This document shows, piece after piece, positions 1 through 10,049 of a stretch of DNA of 64,000 bases (positions are counted from its first letter, which is position 1; every line of letters starts with the position of its first letter). The position numbers were made by a program, and so were the translations under genes. Source of the stretch: Flavobacteriales bacterium (GTDB lineage Bacteria; Bacteroidota; Bacteroidia; Flavobacteriales_D; CAJJDF01); assembly GCA_965657945.1 (NCBI GenBank), contig CBFHPW010000004.1:20219-84218 (forward strand), given 5' to 3'. The notes below the pieces were generated by a model. It ran no database searches. It worked only from the letters and a program-made list of their open reading frames with translations, and had not been told where the DNA came from.

Positions 1-1
1 C

Positions 2-1354
2 AAAAAAAAGTTATTCGCGGTATTGCTCCTACTTCCCATGTCATTGTTTATCAATTCTTCATTTAGCGCAGACATGATGATTAATGGATTAAGCTGGATG
101 TTCATAGCTCTTGTTTTGAACCTTGCTTTGGCCAAAGAAATTGTCACTGCTAGGATAAAATTAGTTCTTCTTCTGCTCATAACGCTTATCGGCTTGGCAA
201 AACTGGTTTACATTCCGTTAGTTTTGTTATTGTTTCTTATTCCGGCAGCGAAATTTGGTAGTAAACTAAAAATGACCGCTTTTGTTTTCTTATCCATAGC
301 AATTGGATTGGGAGCGGCAATCGGGTGGAAAAATCACATAGATTCTTTTTATACTTCCTATTTAGATTACAACCCAGAATACAGAGATCAGGTAACTTTG
401 GGTTATCAAGCAGATATGAATTTACAAAAGGAATTCATCCAACAAAACAAACTACACACTATCGAGGTGTTCGCTTCCTCTTACGTGCGAGAGTTTGGAG
501 ATATGATGACTGGCTACATTGGCAATTTAGGCTGGAATAGATTCAAAATGCCATTGTGGTTTATCGTGTGTGCTTATTGTGTCATTTTGTTTTTTGCTTT
601 TGGCAATTCCGGAGACACTTATTTTCTCTCTGTCAAACAAAAAATAATCCTTTTTGTTGTGGTTGGAATCACCACCATTCTTATTATGCTTTCTCAATAC
701 CTTACTTGGAACCCAGTGGGGAACGAAAAACTTTGGCCCTTGATGGGAAGGTATTTTACACCCGTTTATCCCATGCTCTTTCTTCTGTTTTCCTCAAAAC
801 GAATTTTAATCCCAAAATGGAATTCAGCTTTATTTTTAGTCTATGCTTTCTTGGCAACAGGATACACAGCAAATAGAATGTTTGATTCTTTTTACTCCAA
901 TAATCCTTTGAAAAAGGTTTGGGAAAGAGATTTTTCGGACAAAACAGCCAAAGAATTGGGAAATGAGCATTCTTTTGAGTTTGGGGTTGTCAATGGAAAC
1001 ACCAATTATGTGCAAGCCCAAGATTCTACAACTAGTTATTGGATGGAACTAACTCCAAAAAATCCTTTTGGATTTCCTGTAACATTCAAATCGGTTAAAA
1101 AAGGAGACAAAATTACGGTAGAGGCCTGGAGGAGCAACGAGAATGTTCAATTTGTGTTTGATGATAAACCAAATAGTGATTACTACACGGCAACTTGCCA
1201 TTCCACAAAAAAATGGAAAGAAGGCTTTGAGTTTGTTCAAGAAACCTATTTCTGCCAAGAAGATTTTGAAGAATTAAAAGTGTACCTCTATTTCACCGGT
1301 GGAGATCAAGGTTATGCGAAAGAGTATGCAATATCATACTTTCAAGCACAATGA
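2..1354 (+). CDS. DUF2142-like multi-pass membrane protein (GT-C fold glycosyltransferase-like) with C-terminal soluble beta domain; 5'-truncated by the window edge
   Basis: Frame is open from base 2. Many TM segments; motifs SFSAD, LAKLVY, GYIGNLGW, GRYFTP resemble DUF2142. Hydrophilic C-terminal ~150 aa. Confidence 0.6.
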   Translation, partial: KKKLFAVLLLLPMSLFINSSFSADMMINGLSWMFIALVLNLALAKEIVTARIKLVLLLLITLIGLAKLVYIPLVLLLFLIPAAKFGSKLKMTAFVFLSIAIGLGAAIGWKNHIDSFYTSYLDYNPEYRDQVTLGYQADMNLQKEFIQQNKLHTIEVFASSYVREFGDMMTGYIGNLGWNRFKMPLWFIVCAYCVILFFAFGNSGDTYFLSVKQKIILFVVVGITTILIMLSQYLTWNPVGNEKLWPLMGRYFTPVYPMLFLLFSSKRILIPKWNSALFLVYAFLATGYTANRMFDSFYSNNPLKKVWERDFSDKTAKELGNEHSFEFGVVNGNTNYVQAQDSTTSYWMELTPKNPFGFPVTFKSVKKGDKITVEAWRSNENVQFVFDDKPNSDYYTATCHSTKKWKEGFEFVQETYFCQEDFEELKVYLYFTGGDQGYAKEYAISYFQAQ

Positions 1355-1396
1355 GCACCCACCTTTACCTCAATATGTGTAAACACAAACCAAAAA

Positions 1397-1942
1397 CTAC
1401 TGAATAGTTAGTTCGTAATTGGCGAGTTGTTTGGCAATATTCTTAAGGATTTCAAATTTTTCATCTTCGTCATGATTTTCCGAAAAATGAGATTTCAAAA
1501 TCAACTGGGCTTCCATGATTGACTCTTCCTCAAAAGGTCCTTCCAAATTATCAATTATCGTGTAAGCCTCAAAAGCCTCCATAAAAGTACCTTTGGTGGC
1601 AGCTTTCACAAATTTATCCATGTGTTCGTGAGCATTAAAACCAGTTTGCCAAAATGAATTAAGAACCAATTCTCTTGTGGAAGAGTTTTTATTGGTCTCT
1701 AATTCTTTCAATAAATAAGGAATGGCAGAAGTTGACTTGAGTTCGAGAATGATTTTTTTAGATTCTTCTACAATGCTTTCCTCCTCATTCTCTTCAATTA
1801 GTTTGAATAAGGCCGGGATAACTTTCTCATTTCCTTTTGAACGAACTCTTTTGAGAGCTGAAGTAAGCGTTTTTGGGTCATTGGAAGCTAAATCTAAAAG
1901 AAGATCTTCTACAATCTTATTGTTCTTGTCATTTGTTGTCAT
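1397..1942 (-). CDS. HEAT-repeat/alpha-solenoid protein
   Basis: Repeated helical units (GNEKVIPALFKLI, STSAIPYLLKEL); ATG start with a TATCTTTG box upstream. Confidence 0.6.
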   Translation of the reverse strand: MTTNDKNNKIVEDLLLDLASNDPKTLTSALKRVRSKGNEKVIPALFKLIEENEEESIVEESKKIILELKSTSAIPYLLKELETNKNSSTRELVLNSFWQTGFNAHEHMDKFVKAATKGTFMEAFEAYTIIDNLEGPFEEESIMEAQLILKSHFSENHDEDEKFEILKNIAKQLANYELTIQ

Positions 1943-1965
1943 TGCCTATGATTTTTTTTGGAATA

Positions 1966-1973
1966 CAAAGATA
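1966..1973 (-). promoter_or_regulatory. Bacteroidota sigma70 -7 box (TATCTTTG)
   Basis: CAAAGATA on + strand matches TAnnTTTG on minus strand, 24 nt upstream of the HEAT gene ATG. Confidence 0.55.
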
Positions 1974-2025
1974 AGGGATTTTATTAATCCCAGCTTGTTT
2001 CATAAGGATAGAAAGATATTTTAAT

Positions 2026-2033
2026 TACTTTTG
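2026..2033 (+). promoter_or_regulatory. -7 box (TACTTTTG); implies a near-leaderless mRNA
   Basis: Exact TAnnTTTG match 5 nt before the ATG at 2039. Confidence 0.55.
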
Positions 2034-2038
2034 AAACT

Positions 2039-3190
2039 ATGATTCAAAACGTTTTAAAGCTAGCGAATAACCGTAAATTCCAATGGGGATTTATGATTGT
2101 ATTGGTTGGGTTAATTACAGCGCAGAGATTGTTTGTAGAGAACGAAGGGTACTCACATACTTTGTACAACAACTACCTTATTTTTCAAGAATCATTTTTT
2201 CATTTACTGAATAATGAAGATTTGTATGTGGCCTATCCTAACTCTTATTACGATTTGTTTAAATACAGTCCGAGTTTTGCCCTTTTCATGGGACTTACAG
2301 CCCATTTTCCTGTTTGGCTGGGCTTGTTTCTTTGGAATTTACTGAATGTCGCTGTGTTATATGCTGGAATGAAAAAACTGAAATACAACATCCAAAATGG
2401 ATTTGTATTTGCCTTTTTATTTGTGTTAATCGAACTCATTACAACGACTCAGAACTCTCAAAGTAATGCGTTGATTGCAGGCTTAATTTTACTTGCATTT
2501 CATTCTCTCGAAAACGGGAAAAACAGAAAGAGTGCGTGGATGCTTGTTTCAACAGTGTTTATCAAGCTATTTGGTCTCGTAGCTTTTGTTTTTTACTTGT
2601 TTCATCCACAAAAATGGAAATCTGCTCGGTGGGTGATGGCCTTTACCTTGTTATTCGCTCTAACTCCTTTGCTCTTTATCGATCCTCATTCGCTCTTTTC
2701 TCAATATGAAAGCTGGTTTCATTTATTAGGAAATGACCATTCCAACGAATTAAAGTTCTCTGTGATGGGTTTTTTGAATTCGTGGTTTGGCGTGCCGGCT
2801 TCGGTTAAGAATTACCTATTGCTTTTGGGAGTGCTAGTTTTTGTTTTTCCTCTGCTTCGATACAAAAGATATGGAGAGCTGCGATACCGTCAGTTATTTT
2901 TATCAAGTGTATTGCTTTGGGTCGTATTATTCAATCACATGGCAGAATCGGCTACTTTTATTTTGGCCGTTACGGGAATTGCGGTCTGGTTTTTTACAAA
3001 GAATAAAGTAACCGTTATCGATAAGGTACTTTTGTTACTTACTGTCTTATTCACTTTGCTTTCTCCCACAGATATTTATCCAGAATTTATTAGAAAAATG
3101 TATTTTATTCCCTACACGGTAAAAGTTATACCTTGCATATTGATATGGATAAAAATAAACTTTGAACTACACGTTGTGAATGAAAAATAA
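2039..3190 (+). CDS. GT87/DUF2029 family membrane glycosyltransferase
   Basis: YNNYLIF, DLFKYSPSFA, QSNALIAGL, FIKLFG and NHMAESATF motifs; about 10 TM helices. Confidence 0.75.
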   Translation: MIQNVLKLANNRKFQWGFMIVLVGLITAQRLFVENEGYSHTLYNNYLIFQESFFHLLNNEDLYVAYPNSYYDLFKYSPSFALFMGLTAHFPVWLGLFLWNLLNVAVLYAGMKKLKYNIQNGFVFAFLFVLIELITTTQNSQSNALIAGLILLAFHSLENGKNRKSAWMLVSTVFIKLFGLVAFVFYLFHPQKWKSARWVMAFTLLFALTPLLFIDPHSLFSQYESWFHLLGNDHSNELKFSVMGFLNSWFGVPASVKNYLLLLGVLVFVFPLLRYKRYGELRYRQLFLSSVLLWVVLFNHMAESATFILAVTGIAVWFFTKNKVTVIDKVLLLLTVLFTLLSPTDIYPEFIRKMYFIPYTVKVIPCILIWIKINFELHVVNEK

Positions 3191-3246
3191 TAAAATACTA
3201 TTCGTATTTTCTGAGGGTTATGTATCTTCGATAAAATTTAAGAATT

Positions 3247-4203
3247 ATGGCTATTTATTTAGATTTCGAGAAAAAGATAGAAGAGCTAGACGAGCAATTG
3301 GCTAAGCTAAAAGACATAGAAAATAAAGGAGAGGTGGATGCTTCTGCGACTGTTCAGGAATTAGAACAGAAAATTATAGATACTAAAAAGGAGATTTACG
3401 ATAATCTGACGCCATGGCAACGAGTTCAGGTATCGCGACACCCTGAAAGACCGTACACTTTAGCTTACATTGAATCAATTACCGAGGGCAATTTTATTGA
3501 GTTTCATGGCGATAGAGGAGTAAAGGACGATAAAGCAATGGTGGGAGGTTTTGGTCTTCTTGACGGACAATCTGTTATGTTTATCGGGCAACAAAAAGGA
3601 ATCAATACCAAGCAAAGACAATACAGAAACTTTGGTATGCCAAACCCTGAAGGTTACAGAAAAGCGTTACGATTGATGAAAATGGCTGAAAAATTTAACA
3701 AGCCAATCGTTTGTTTGATTGACACACCAGGAGCCTTTCCTGGATTGGAAGCAGAAGAAAGAGGACAAGGCGAAGCAATCGCAAGAAACTTGTACGAAAT
3801 GATGAATTTGACAGTTCCCGTGATCAATATCGTAATTGGTGAAGGTGCATCTGGCGGTGCTTTAGGAATTGGAATTGGTGACAAAGTATTGATGTTAGAG
3901 AATACTTGGTACTCAGTAATTTCTCCCGAATCTTGTTCTTCTATTTTATGGAGAAATTGGGAGCACAAGGAAGAGGCAGCTTCGGCTTTGAAACTGACCG
4001 CCAAAGACATGAAAAAAAATAAATTGATTGACGGAATTATCAAGGAACCTGTTGGGGGAGCGCACTCAGATAGAGAAGCAACTTTCAAGAAGGTGAAGTC
4101 GGAAATCAAAAAACACATCAAAGCCTTGAGTGAACTAAAGCCTCAAGAATTAATTGATTCTAGAATAGAGAAATTCACTGCCATGGGGGTTGTTCAAGAC
4201 TAA
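3247..4203 (+). CDS. accA: Acetyl-CoA carboxylase carboxyltransferase alpha subunit
   Basis: [49 protein letters not shown]. Confidence 0.98.
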   Translation: MAIYLDFEKKIEELDEQLAKLKDIENKGEVDASATVQELEQKIIDTKKEIYDNLTPWQRVQVSRHPERPYTLAYIESITEGNFIEFHGDRGVKDDKAMVGGFGLLDGQSVMFIGQQKGINTKQRQYRNFGMPNPEGYRKALRLMKMAEKFNKPIVCLIDTPGAFPGLEAEERGQGEAIARNLYEMMNLTVPVINIVIGEGASGGALGIGIGDKVLMLENTWYSVISPESCSSILWRNWEHKEEAASALKLTAKDMKKNKLIDGIIKEPVGGAHSDREATFKKVKSEIKKHIKALSELKPQELIDSRIEKFTAMGVVQD

Positions 4204-4212
4204 TTTAAAAGC

Positions 4213-4743
4213 ATGAAATTTATTCTTGGAACCGTTATTTCTCTGTTTTCATTTTTCATGCTTTATTTTTTTGTGGCTATTTTTTCTCCAGGTTTTTACG
4301 AAGTCGAGAAAACCCAAGGTTTTTCTCAATCTAGGCAGATTGTTTGGCACAAGTTTTCTCGTTTTAGAAACTGGGAAAGTTGGATGCCTTGGAAATCACA
4401 ATCCGATACTGTTCACTACACTTATTCAGGTATTTCTGGCAGAGCAGGAGCAAAGGTAGCTTGGCATTCGCAAGAATTTGGTTCAGGGAGTAGGATGGTT
4501 ACTAGCATTGAGCCTTTTGTCGAGTTGGAGTACGTTTTGCGGCTTAAAGAAAGAAACTCTGTTACCAAAAATATCATTCGACTTTCTGACAACGAATCTG
4601 GCACAACAGTTTCTTGGAAATCAAGAAGAACTCTTTCTTTTTGGGAAAGACCTCTTGGTAAACTAGGAATATTACAATCGCAAATAGGAGCCGATTTTGA
4701 AAAAGGATTGAAATCGATTGAAAGAGAATTAAATTTCAACTAA
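4213..4743 (+). CDS. SRPBCC/START (polyketide cyclase-like) family protein with N-terminal anchor
   Basis: NWESWMPW, GAKVAWHS, GTTVSW and C-terminal GADFEKGLKSI pattern. Confidence 0.7.
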   Translation: MKFILGTVISLFSFFMLYFFVAIFSPGFYEVEKTQGFSQSRQIVWHKFSRFRNWESWMPWKSQSDTVHYTYSGISGRAGAKVAWHSQEFGSGSRMVTSIEPFVELEYVLRLKERNSVTKNIIRLSDNESGTTVSWKSRRTLSFWERPLGKLGILQSQIGADFEKGLKSIERELNFN

Positions 4744-6393
4744 ATAGAATTTTTCGAGCGTATTTGATCTCGAACTTTCTAATAAAAATGACAACTTTAA
4801 GTTGGTGGCAGCGTGATGATTAAATTCATACACCGCTTTTTCTTCGTAAGTTTTAAGCACATCAGCAATTTGCGACTCATTCACAAAAATATAATTTCCG
4901 TTATTGGTATAGTCTTGAAGTTGATACACATTTTTGTAGGTCACATTTACATCTGCGTATATATCAAAAGATAGACTTTGAGCGTTATTCGAAAACAATT
5001 GGTTCACCCTTAATTCTTTGCTCTTAACTGCCGCTTGATACGGTCCGTCAAAACTCACTGCTTGAGGTAAAAAATGAAAACTAAATATGAACATCACAAT
5101 TGCGAAACCGAGTAAGGTTGTGTAGATAAGCTGTATTTTTCCTTTGTAATTTTTGTACAAATAGGTCATGCCAATCATTCCGACTAATAAAGGTAGCCAA
5201 ATGAAAAGTGATTTTGTAGGAAAAAACAAAGTCAAAACAAGAACGGAAACCAAAATAAAAGCAAAATTGAGCACAACATGAATCCACCTTAAAGCTTTGT
5301 ACCAAGGGCTTGTCTCGGTTAATTTGTATACATACCAACCTGTCAATATAAACCACATTGGAAAAAAGACATAAATATAATGCGGCAACTGAAACTGCGA
5401 TTTGGACATAGCTAAATAAGGGATGACAATCGCGCCAAGTGTATAGAATTCGTGCTTATTTCGATTCAGAACTGATTCTTTTATTTTTTTGAATAATCCG
5501 AAAACTCCTAAAATAGACCAAGGTAAAAAGGACCAGAGAAAGGTATGGACAAAAAAGAAGAGGGAAGAATCATTTTTCCATTCTTTGTTGCTTCCCGTAA
5601 TTCGACCAAAAGACTGATCCCAAAAATAAAATTTAAGACCAGAAGTTCCTTTTCCTTCCATTCCTGATGCTAAATTAAACTCCTTGTTGGGTTGTAAATC
5701 AAATTGATGGTAAAGTCCCCAAAGCATAGGCGAAATGACAAGTATTGAGATTAAAATCCCCACCAGCCATTGCCATTTAAATATATTGTGCCACTCTTTC
5801 TTTACTAAGAAATGTATGCCCAAACTCAAAACTGGAACCATGAGTCCAATTGGACCTTTTACGAGCATCGCCATGCCAATTCCAATAAACCCAAGTATAA
5901 GGTTGAGCCATTTTGAGGTTTGAACGTAGGTAATTAATTGCCACAAAGAAAACACCACAATTCCCACCAAAATCGTATCCGTTCGTACATCTTGATTGAT
6001 TAAAATAACAGCAAAAGAGGAGTAGAAGAGTAGGGAGGAAATTTTTCCAACCTGAGTATTGTAAAGTAACTTTCCTAGTCTGAAAGTGGAATATGTTCCC
6101 AAAAGAGTAAAAAGAAAAGAAGGGAGTTTATAAGCAAAACTGGAGACACCAAATAATGAAAATGAACCGGCAGATAACCAGAAGTGCAAAGGAGGTTTGT
6201 CTAGGTAATCATTTCCTTTGTGAAAAATCTGAAGCCAATTTTTGGTTTCCATCATCTCGGCACTCAAAGAGGCATAGATAGTGGCATCAGTCCCGTAAAT
6301 AAGGGTGAACAATCCACGAATATAAAAGAAGCTAAAGCAAGCAAAAATAGCCCAAAATGCACGATTTGATATCAGATGTTGTTTGTTTTTCAT
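4729..6393 (-). CDS. ArnT/PMT_2 (GT83/GT39-like) lipid-linked glycosyltransferase
   Basis: DATIYA, YLDKPPLHFWL, DVRTD, KGPIG, FLPWS, QLPHYI; about 13 TM helices. Confidence 0.85.
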   Translation of the reverse strand: MKNKQHLISNRAFWAIFACFSFFYIRGLFTLIYGTDATIYASLSAEMMETKNWLQIFHKGNDYLDKPPLHFWLSAGSFSLFGVSSFAYKLPSFLFTLLGTYSTFRLGKLLYNTQVGKISSLLFYSSFAVILINQDVRTDTILVGIVVFSLWQLITYVQTSKWLNLILGFIGIGMAMLVKGPIGLMVPVLSLGIHFLVKKEWHNIFKWQWLVGILISILVISPMLWGLYHQFDLQPNKEFNLASGMEGKGTSGLKFYFWDQSFGRITGSNKEWKNDSSLFFFVHTFLWSFLPWSILGVFGLFKKIKESVLNRNKHEFYTLGAIVIPYLAMSKSQFQLPHYIYVFFPMWFILTGWYVYKLTETSPWYKALRWIHVVLNFAFILVSVLVLTLFFPTKSLFIWLPLLVGMIGMTYLYKNYKGKIQLIYTTLLGFAIVMFIFSFHFLPQAVSFDGPYQAAVKSKELRVNQLFSNNAQSLSFDIYADVNVTYKNVYQLQDYTNNGNYIFVNESQIADVLKTYEEKAVYEFNHHAATNLKLSFLLESSRSNTLEKFYLVEI

Positions 6394-6403
6394 CTTTGTG
6401 AAA

Positions 6404-8047
6404 TTAGTGAATTAGGCTGGTTTTGGAACTTGGTCGTTCTTCTATTTTCCACAAGAATCCTTTTAATTGCTGATCTTTGAGCGTAACGTCTTGAATGGGC
6501 AAAAGAATTCCGTCAGGCTTATTGAGAAAAGCAATTTGCTTGATTGTTCCTTTTTCGAATTTAATTTTCATTTCGCTGCAATCAATTTTGTTTAATCCTT
6601 GGGCTGGCTCTCCTTCTTCTTGAGTAAAATAGAGGCTTTGCCCATTTCCTGTTACAAAAACAGTTCTGATTGTATCTTCACTGAAAATGGCTTTTACGTT
6701 CTTTCCTTTAATTTGATTATACTGACCAGTCGGAATTGTGTCATTAGAAGTGGTGTCAATCACCGAAACTGCATCAATGATAAAGGAATTGTCTCTCAGT
6801 CTTAGTTCTTTTATTCGCTTGGCCGAGAGTAAGATAAGTATTGTGTCACCGTTCATCTGACTATTTTCTGACCAGATAAAAGGGGAGTGGAACAGTTGTA
6901 TCAAGGAATCGGACTGAACATAAACCATGGAATCGCATACTCCTTGTAAATCTGTTTTAAAAATACGGACATCGTGGAAACAGAATAGTTGATTGTTTTT
7001 GGTAGAGTCAATTTTCACAACCTTGATTGTGTCTGCTGATAAAAATAAGGTGTCTTCTTCCTCGAACCATTTGCTAACCAACGTGTGACCCGTAACAAAA
7101 GATTGGTTGTTCGTTTCATTTCGTGTGCCATAATCTCCCGTCACAATGATTTGATTGACAGAGTCTTTCAAGCTAATATTGCCGATTGCTCGTCCCAAAC
7201 CTATATTTCTGTCGTAATAAAGTTTGTCCCCTTTTATTGTATGACCGTCCGATATGAGGTAAGCGTCTTCATTAAACTCCGAAATATCATTTCGAGTGTC
7301 ATAGAACCCATTTCTACAAAAAATTAAATTCCCATCTCCTTTGATGAATGTGTTTCCTGAAAAGTAGGCAATTTCTGTTAGTTCATTATAATCCAGAGTG
7401 TCTGAAGTCATTACATATTCTGGATTAATTAACTTTACATCACCCTTAAAAGAAAGCGTTTTGTAATCAGAAAAATAATACCCTAAGTTACTGGTTAACG
7501 TGTTTTTATTCTTTTTGCTTACCACTTGTCCACCTTCGGTGTAATAGGCAGTATTGTTCGTTAAATCGTAGCGAATAGAAGGAGCAGATAGAGTTAAATC
7601 GTTTTCAATTAATCGTACATTTCCTCTTACAATCGCAATTCTAGTTTCCCCCTCATAATCCAACGAATCTCCGTACAAGAAAAGAGAATCTCCTTGATTA
7701 ATTCTTACGTTTCCCACCGCTTTCAAAAACTGCAATTTGGAGTCGAGTAAAGCAAAATCACTCCTCATAAAAACACTGTCCTGCATGAAACGAGCATTGC
7801 CCACAATTTTTGCCACATTAATGTTTCCGTTCTGCGGTATTATGGAATCTGCGCCAATAAAATGAATTAAATTATTGGAGGTATCATTAAGTAAGGGGTC
7901 ACCTTTTATTTGCGCTTGATTAAGAAAAGGAGTAAAAGCAAAAAAAACAACTACCAGAAAAATTCGAGCAGTTGTTTTTGAATTATGTTGTGTATTGTTT
8001 TTCAACGTAAGCTTTTGTTTGATGAAAGGGTAACGATAAAAAAACAA
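6404..8047 (-). CDS. OstA/LptA-like beta-jellyroll LPS-transport-related protein (true start may be TTG at 8005)
   Basis: Repeated beta-jellyroll units (GNVRINQGDS, GDSLDY, DTLFLSADT, QGVCDSMVY, YNQIKG); follows purA as in Flavobacteriales. Confidence 0.8.
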   Translation of the reverse strand: MFFYRYPFIKQKLTLKNNTQHNSKTTARIFLVVVFFAFTPFLNQAQIKGDPLLNDTSNNLIHFIGADSIIPQNGNINVAKIVGNARFMQDSVFMRSDFALLDSKLQFLKAVGNVRINQGDSLFLYGDSLDYEGETRIAIVRGNVRLIENDLTLSAPSIRYDLTNNTAYYTEGGQVVSKKNKNTLTSNLGYYFSDYKTLSFKGDVKLINPEYVMTSDTLDYNELTEIAYFSGNTFIKGDGNLIFCRNGFYDTRNDISEFNEDAYLISDGHTIKGDKLYYDRNIGLGRAIGNISLKDSVNQIIVTGDYGTRNETNNQSFVTGHTLVSKWFEEEDTLFLSADTIKVVKIDSTKNNQLFCFHDVRIFKTDLQGVCDSMVYVQSDSLIQLFHSPFIWSENSQMNGDTILILLSAKRIKELRLRDNSFIIDAVSVIDTTSNDTIPTGQYNQIKGKNVKAIFSEDTIRTVFVTGNGQSLYFTQEEGEPAQGLNKIDCSEMKIKFEKGTIKQIAFLNKPDGILLPIQDVTLKDQQLKGFLWKIEERPSSKTSLIH

Positions 8048-8054
8048 GTATATT

Positions 8055-9323
8055 TTAGTTTCTAATTAACGTTTGGTTTCTATTTGGTCCGACCGAAACA
8101 ATTGTAATAGGTGTTTCAAGTTCGCTTTCAAGAAATTCAATGTAATCGTTAAGTTGTGATGGGATTTGGTCAATCGAATCTAGCTGAGTTAGGTCTTCTT
8201 TCCATCCTTTTAACTCGATGTAAACTGGCTCAATTTTTTCATCGCAAATATCGTATGGAAAATAATCGTACAATTCATCGCCTATTTTATAATGAGTACA
8301 CACTTTAATTGGGTCAAAGCCAGATAAAACATCTGCCTTCATCATACTTAGTTCGGTGACACCATTGACCATAATCGCATATTTTAATGCAGGTAGATCT
8401 AACCATCCGCACCTTCTTGGTCTACCTGTAGTTGCTCCAAATTCATGACCCGCTTTTTGCATATCTTCACCCGTTTGATCCATTAATTCAGTTGGGAATG
8501 GACCACCTCCTACACGTGTAACGTACGCTTTGAATATTCCGTTTACTCCCTCAATTTTGTTTGGAGCAATTCCTAATCCTGTAGCTGTTCCCGCAGTCAC
8601 CGTATTAGAAGAAGTCACAAATGGGTAGGTTCCAAAATCTATATCCAAAAGTGTTCCTTGTGCGCCTTCTGCTAGTATAGATAATCCTTCTTTCATTTGC
8701 GCATTCAGGAAATGTTCACTGTCTATAATGTTGAGTCCTCTCAAGAATTCAATGCTTTTGAACCATTCAGATTCCATTTCGGATAAGTCGTAATCGAAAT
8801 TCTGAAAATCCAACATTTTACAGTGTTTAGACTTCAAGTGTTCATACTTCTCCTGAAATTTTGGACTTAAAATATCTCCCACTCTCAATCCATTTCTGCC
8901 TGTTTTGTCCATATAAGTTGGACCAATTCCTTTTAGCGTAGATCCAATTTTCTCTTTTCCTTTCGCTTTCTCCGAAGCTGCATCCAATAATCTGTGTGTT
9001 GGTAAAATCAAATGTGCTTTTTTCGACACGAATAGCTTGTCGTTTATCACAACATCCATTTTTGTTAAAGCATCAATTTCTTTTTGAAAAATAATTGGGT
9101 CAATCACAACACCATTTCCAACCACATTAAGCACATTGTCTCTGAAAATACCCGATGGGATAGTGTGTAAAACATGTTTTATTCCGTTGAATTCAAGAGT
9201 ATGCCCCGCATTTGGTCCACCTTGGAATCGAGCGATAATGTCGTATTTTGGGGTAAGTACATCCACAATTTTTCCTTTCCCTTCATCTCCCCATTGTAGT
9301 CCTAATAATACATCTAATGCCAT
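8055..9323 (-). CDS. purA: Adenylosuccinate synthase
   Basis: GLQWGDEGKGK, GGPNAGHT, EGAQG, GATTGRPRRCGWLD. Confidence 0.99.
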   Translation of the reverse strand: MALDVLLGLQWGDEGKGKIVDVLTPKYDIIARFQGGPNAGHTLEFNGIKHVLHTIPSGIFRDNVLNVVGNGVVIDPIIFQKEIDALTKMDVVINDKLFVSKKAHLILPTHRLLDAASEKAKGKEKIGSTLKGIGPTYMDKTGRNGLRVGDILSPKFQEKYEHLKSKHCKMLDFQNFDYDLSEMESEWFKSIEFLRGLNIIDSEHFLNAQMKEGLSILAEGAQGTLLDIDFGTYPFVTSSNTVTAGTATGLGIAPNKIEGVNGIFKAYVTRVGGGPFPTELMDQTGEDMQKAGHEFGATTGRPRRCGWLDLPALKYAIMVNGVTELSMMKADVLSGFDPIKVCTHYKIGDELYDYFPYDICDEKIEPVYIELKGWKEDLTQLDSIDQIPSQLNDYIEFLESELETPITIVSVGPNRNQTLIRN

Positions 9324-9483
9324 GTGTTTTTATTTGTTTATTGTTTAATAGTTTTTGTGTTTATTTCGGAATTAGATTATTTCCGCTTGATACTGAAAAA
9401 AAGCAACCTTTTTTTTCTCCTCAACTGAACAAACCTAAGTTGTTTTGAAACTTACTATCTGTCTTTATTTCGGTCTGTTTTGT

Positions 9484-9921
9484 TTATTCATTTTTTTGAG
9501 CGTACAAGTATAAAGAATGGTGCATTACTTTAATGCCAAATTTTTTTTCCACCATCTCTTTGATGTCGTTGATTAGTGGGTTTGAGAACTCAATTACTTC
9601 TTCCGTGTCCGTAATAATAATGTGATCATGTTTCTTATATTGATAGGACTTTTCGTATTGAGCCAAGTTTTTTCCGAACTGGTGTTTCCTTATAAGATTA
9701 CAAGCTAGTAATAAGTCTATTGTATTGTATATTGTTGCTTTACTTACCCGATAATTCTTTCTTTTCATGAGCGAATAAAGTTCTTCGACATCAAAATGTT
9801 CTGGGTGGTCAAATATTTCGCTCAAAATAGCAAAACGTTCGGGAGTTTTACGGTGTCCGTTTTGTTCCAAATACTTTGTAAATATCTCTTTTACTGATTC
9901 TTGTACGGTTTTGCAAGTCAT
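9484..9921 (-). CDS. fur: Fur family transcriptional repressor
   Basis: [26 protein letters not shown] winged HTH, HDH metal site. Confidence 0.9.
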   Translation of the reverse strand: MTCKTVQESVKEIFTKYLEQNGHRKTPERFAILSEIFDHPEHFDVEELYSLMKRKNYRVSKATIYNTIDLLLACNLIRKHQFGKNLAQYEKSYQYKKHDHIIITDTEEVIEFSNPLINDIKEMVEKKFGIKVMHHSLYLYAQKNE

Positions 9922-10020
9922 GTTTTTATGTTTTATGTTTCTTGAATTATCAAGTCAATAAACGTAAGCGATAAAGGTACTAATACTTTCTTTTATCTAA
10001 AACTTAAACCAAAGTATTTC

Positions 10021-10028
10021 TATCTTTG
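10021..10028 (+). promoter_or_regulatory. -7 box (TATCTTTG)
   Basis: Exact match 21 nt upstream of the ATG at 10050. Confidence 0.55.
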
Positions 10029-10049
10029 AATCTCCATAAAATATTAACA

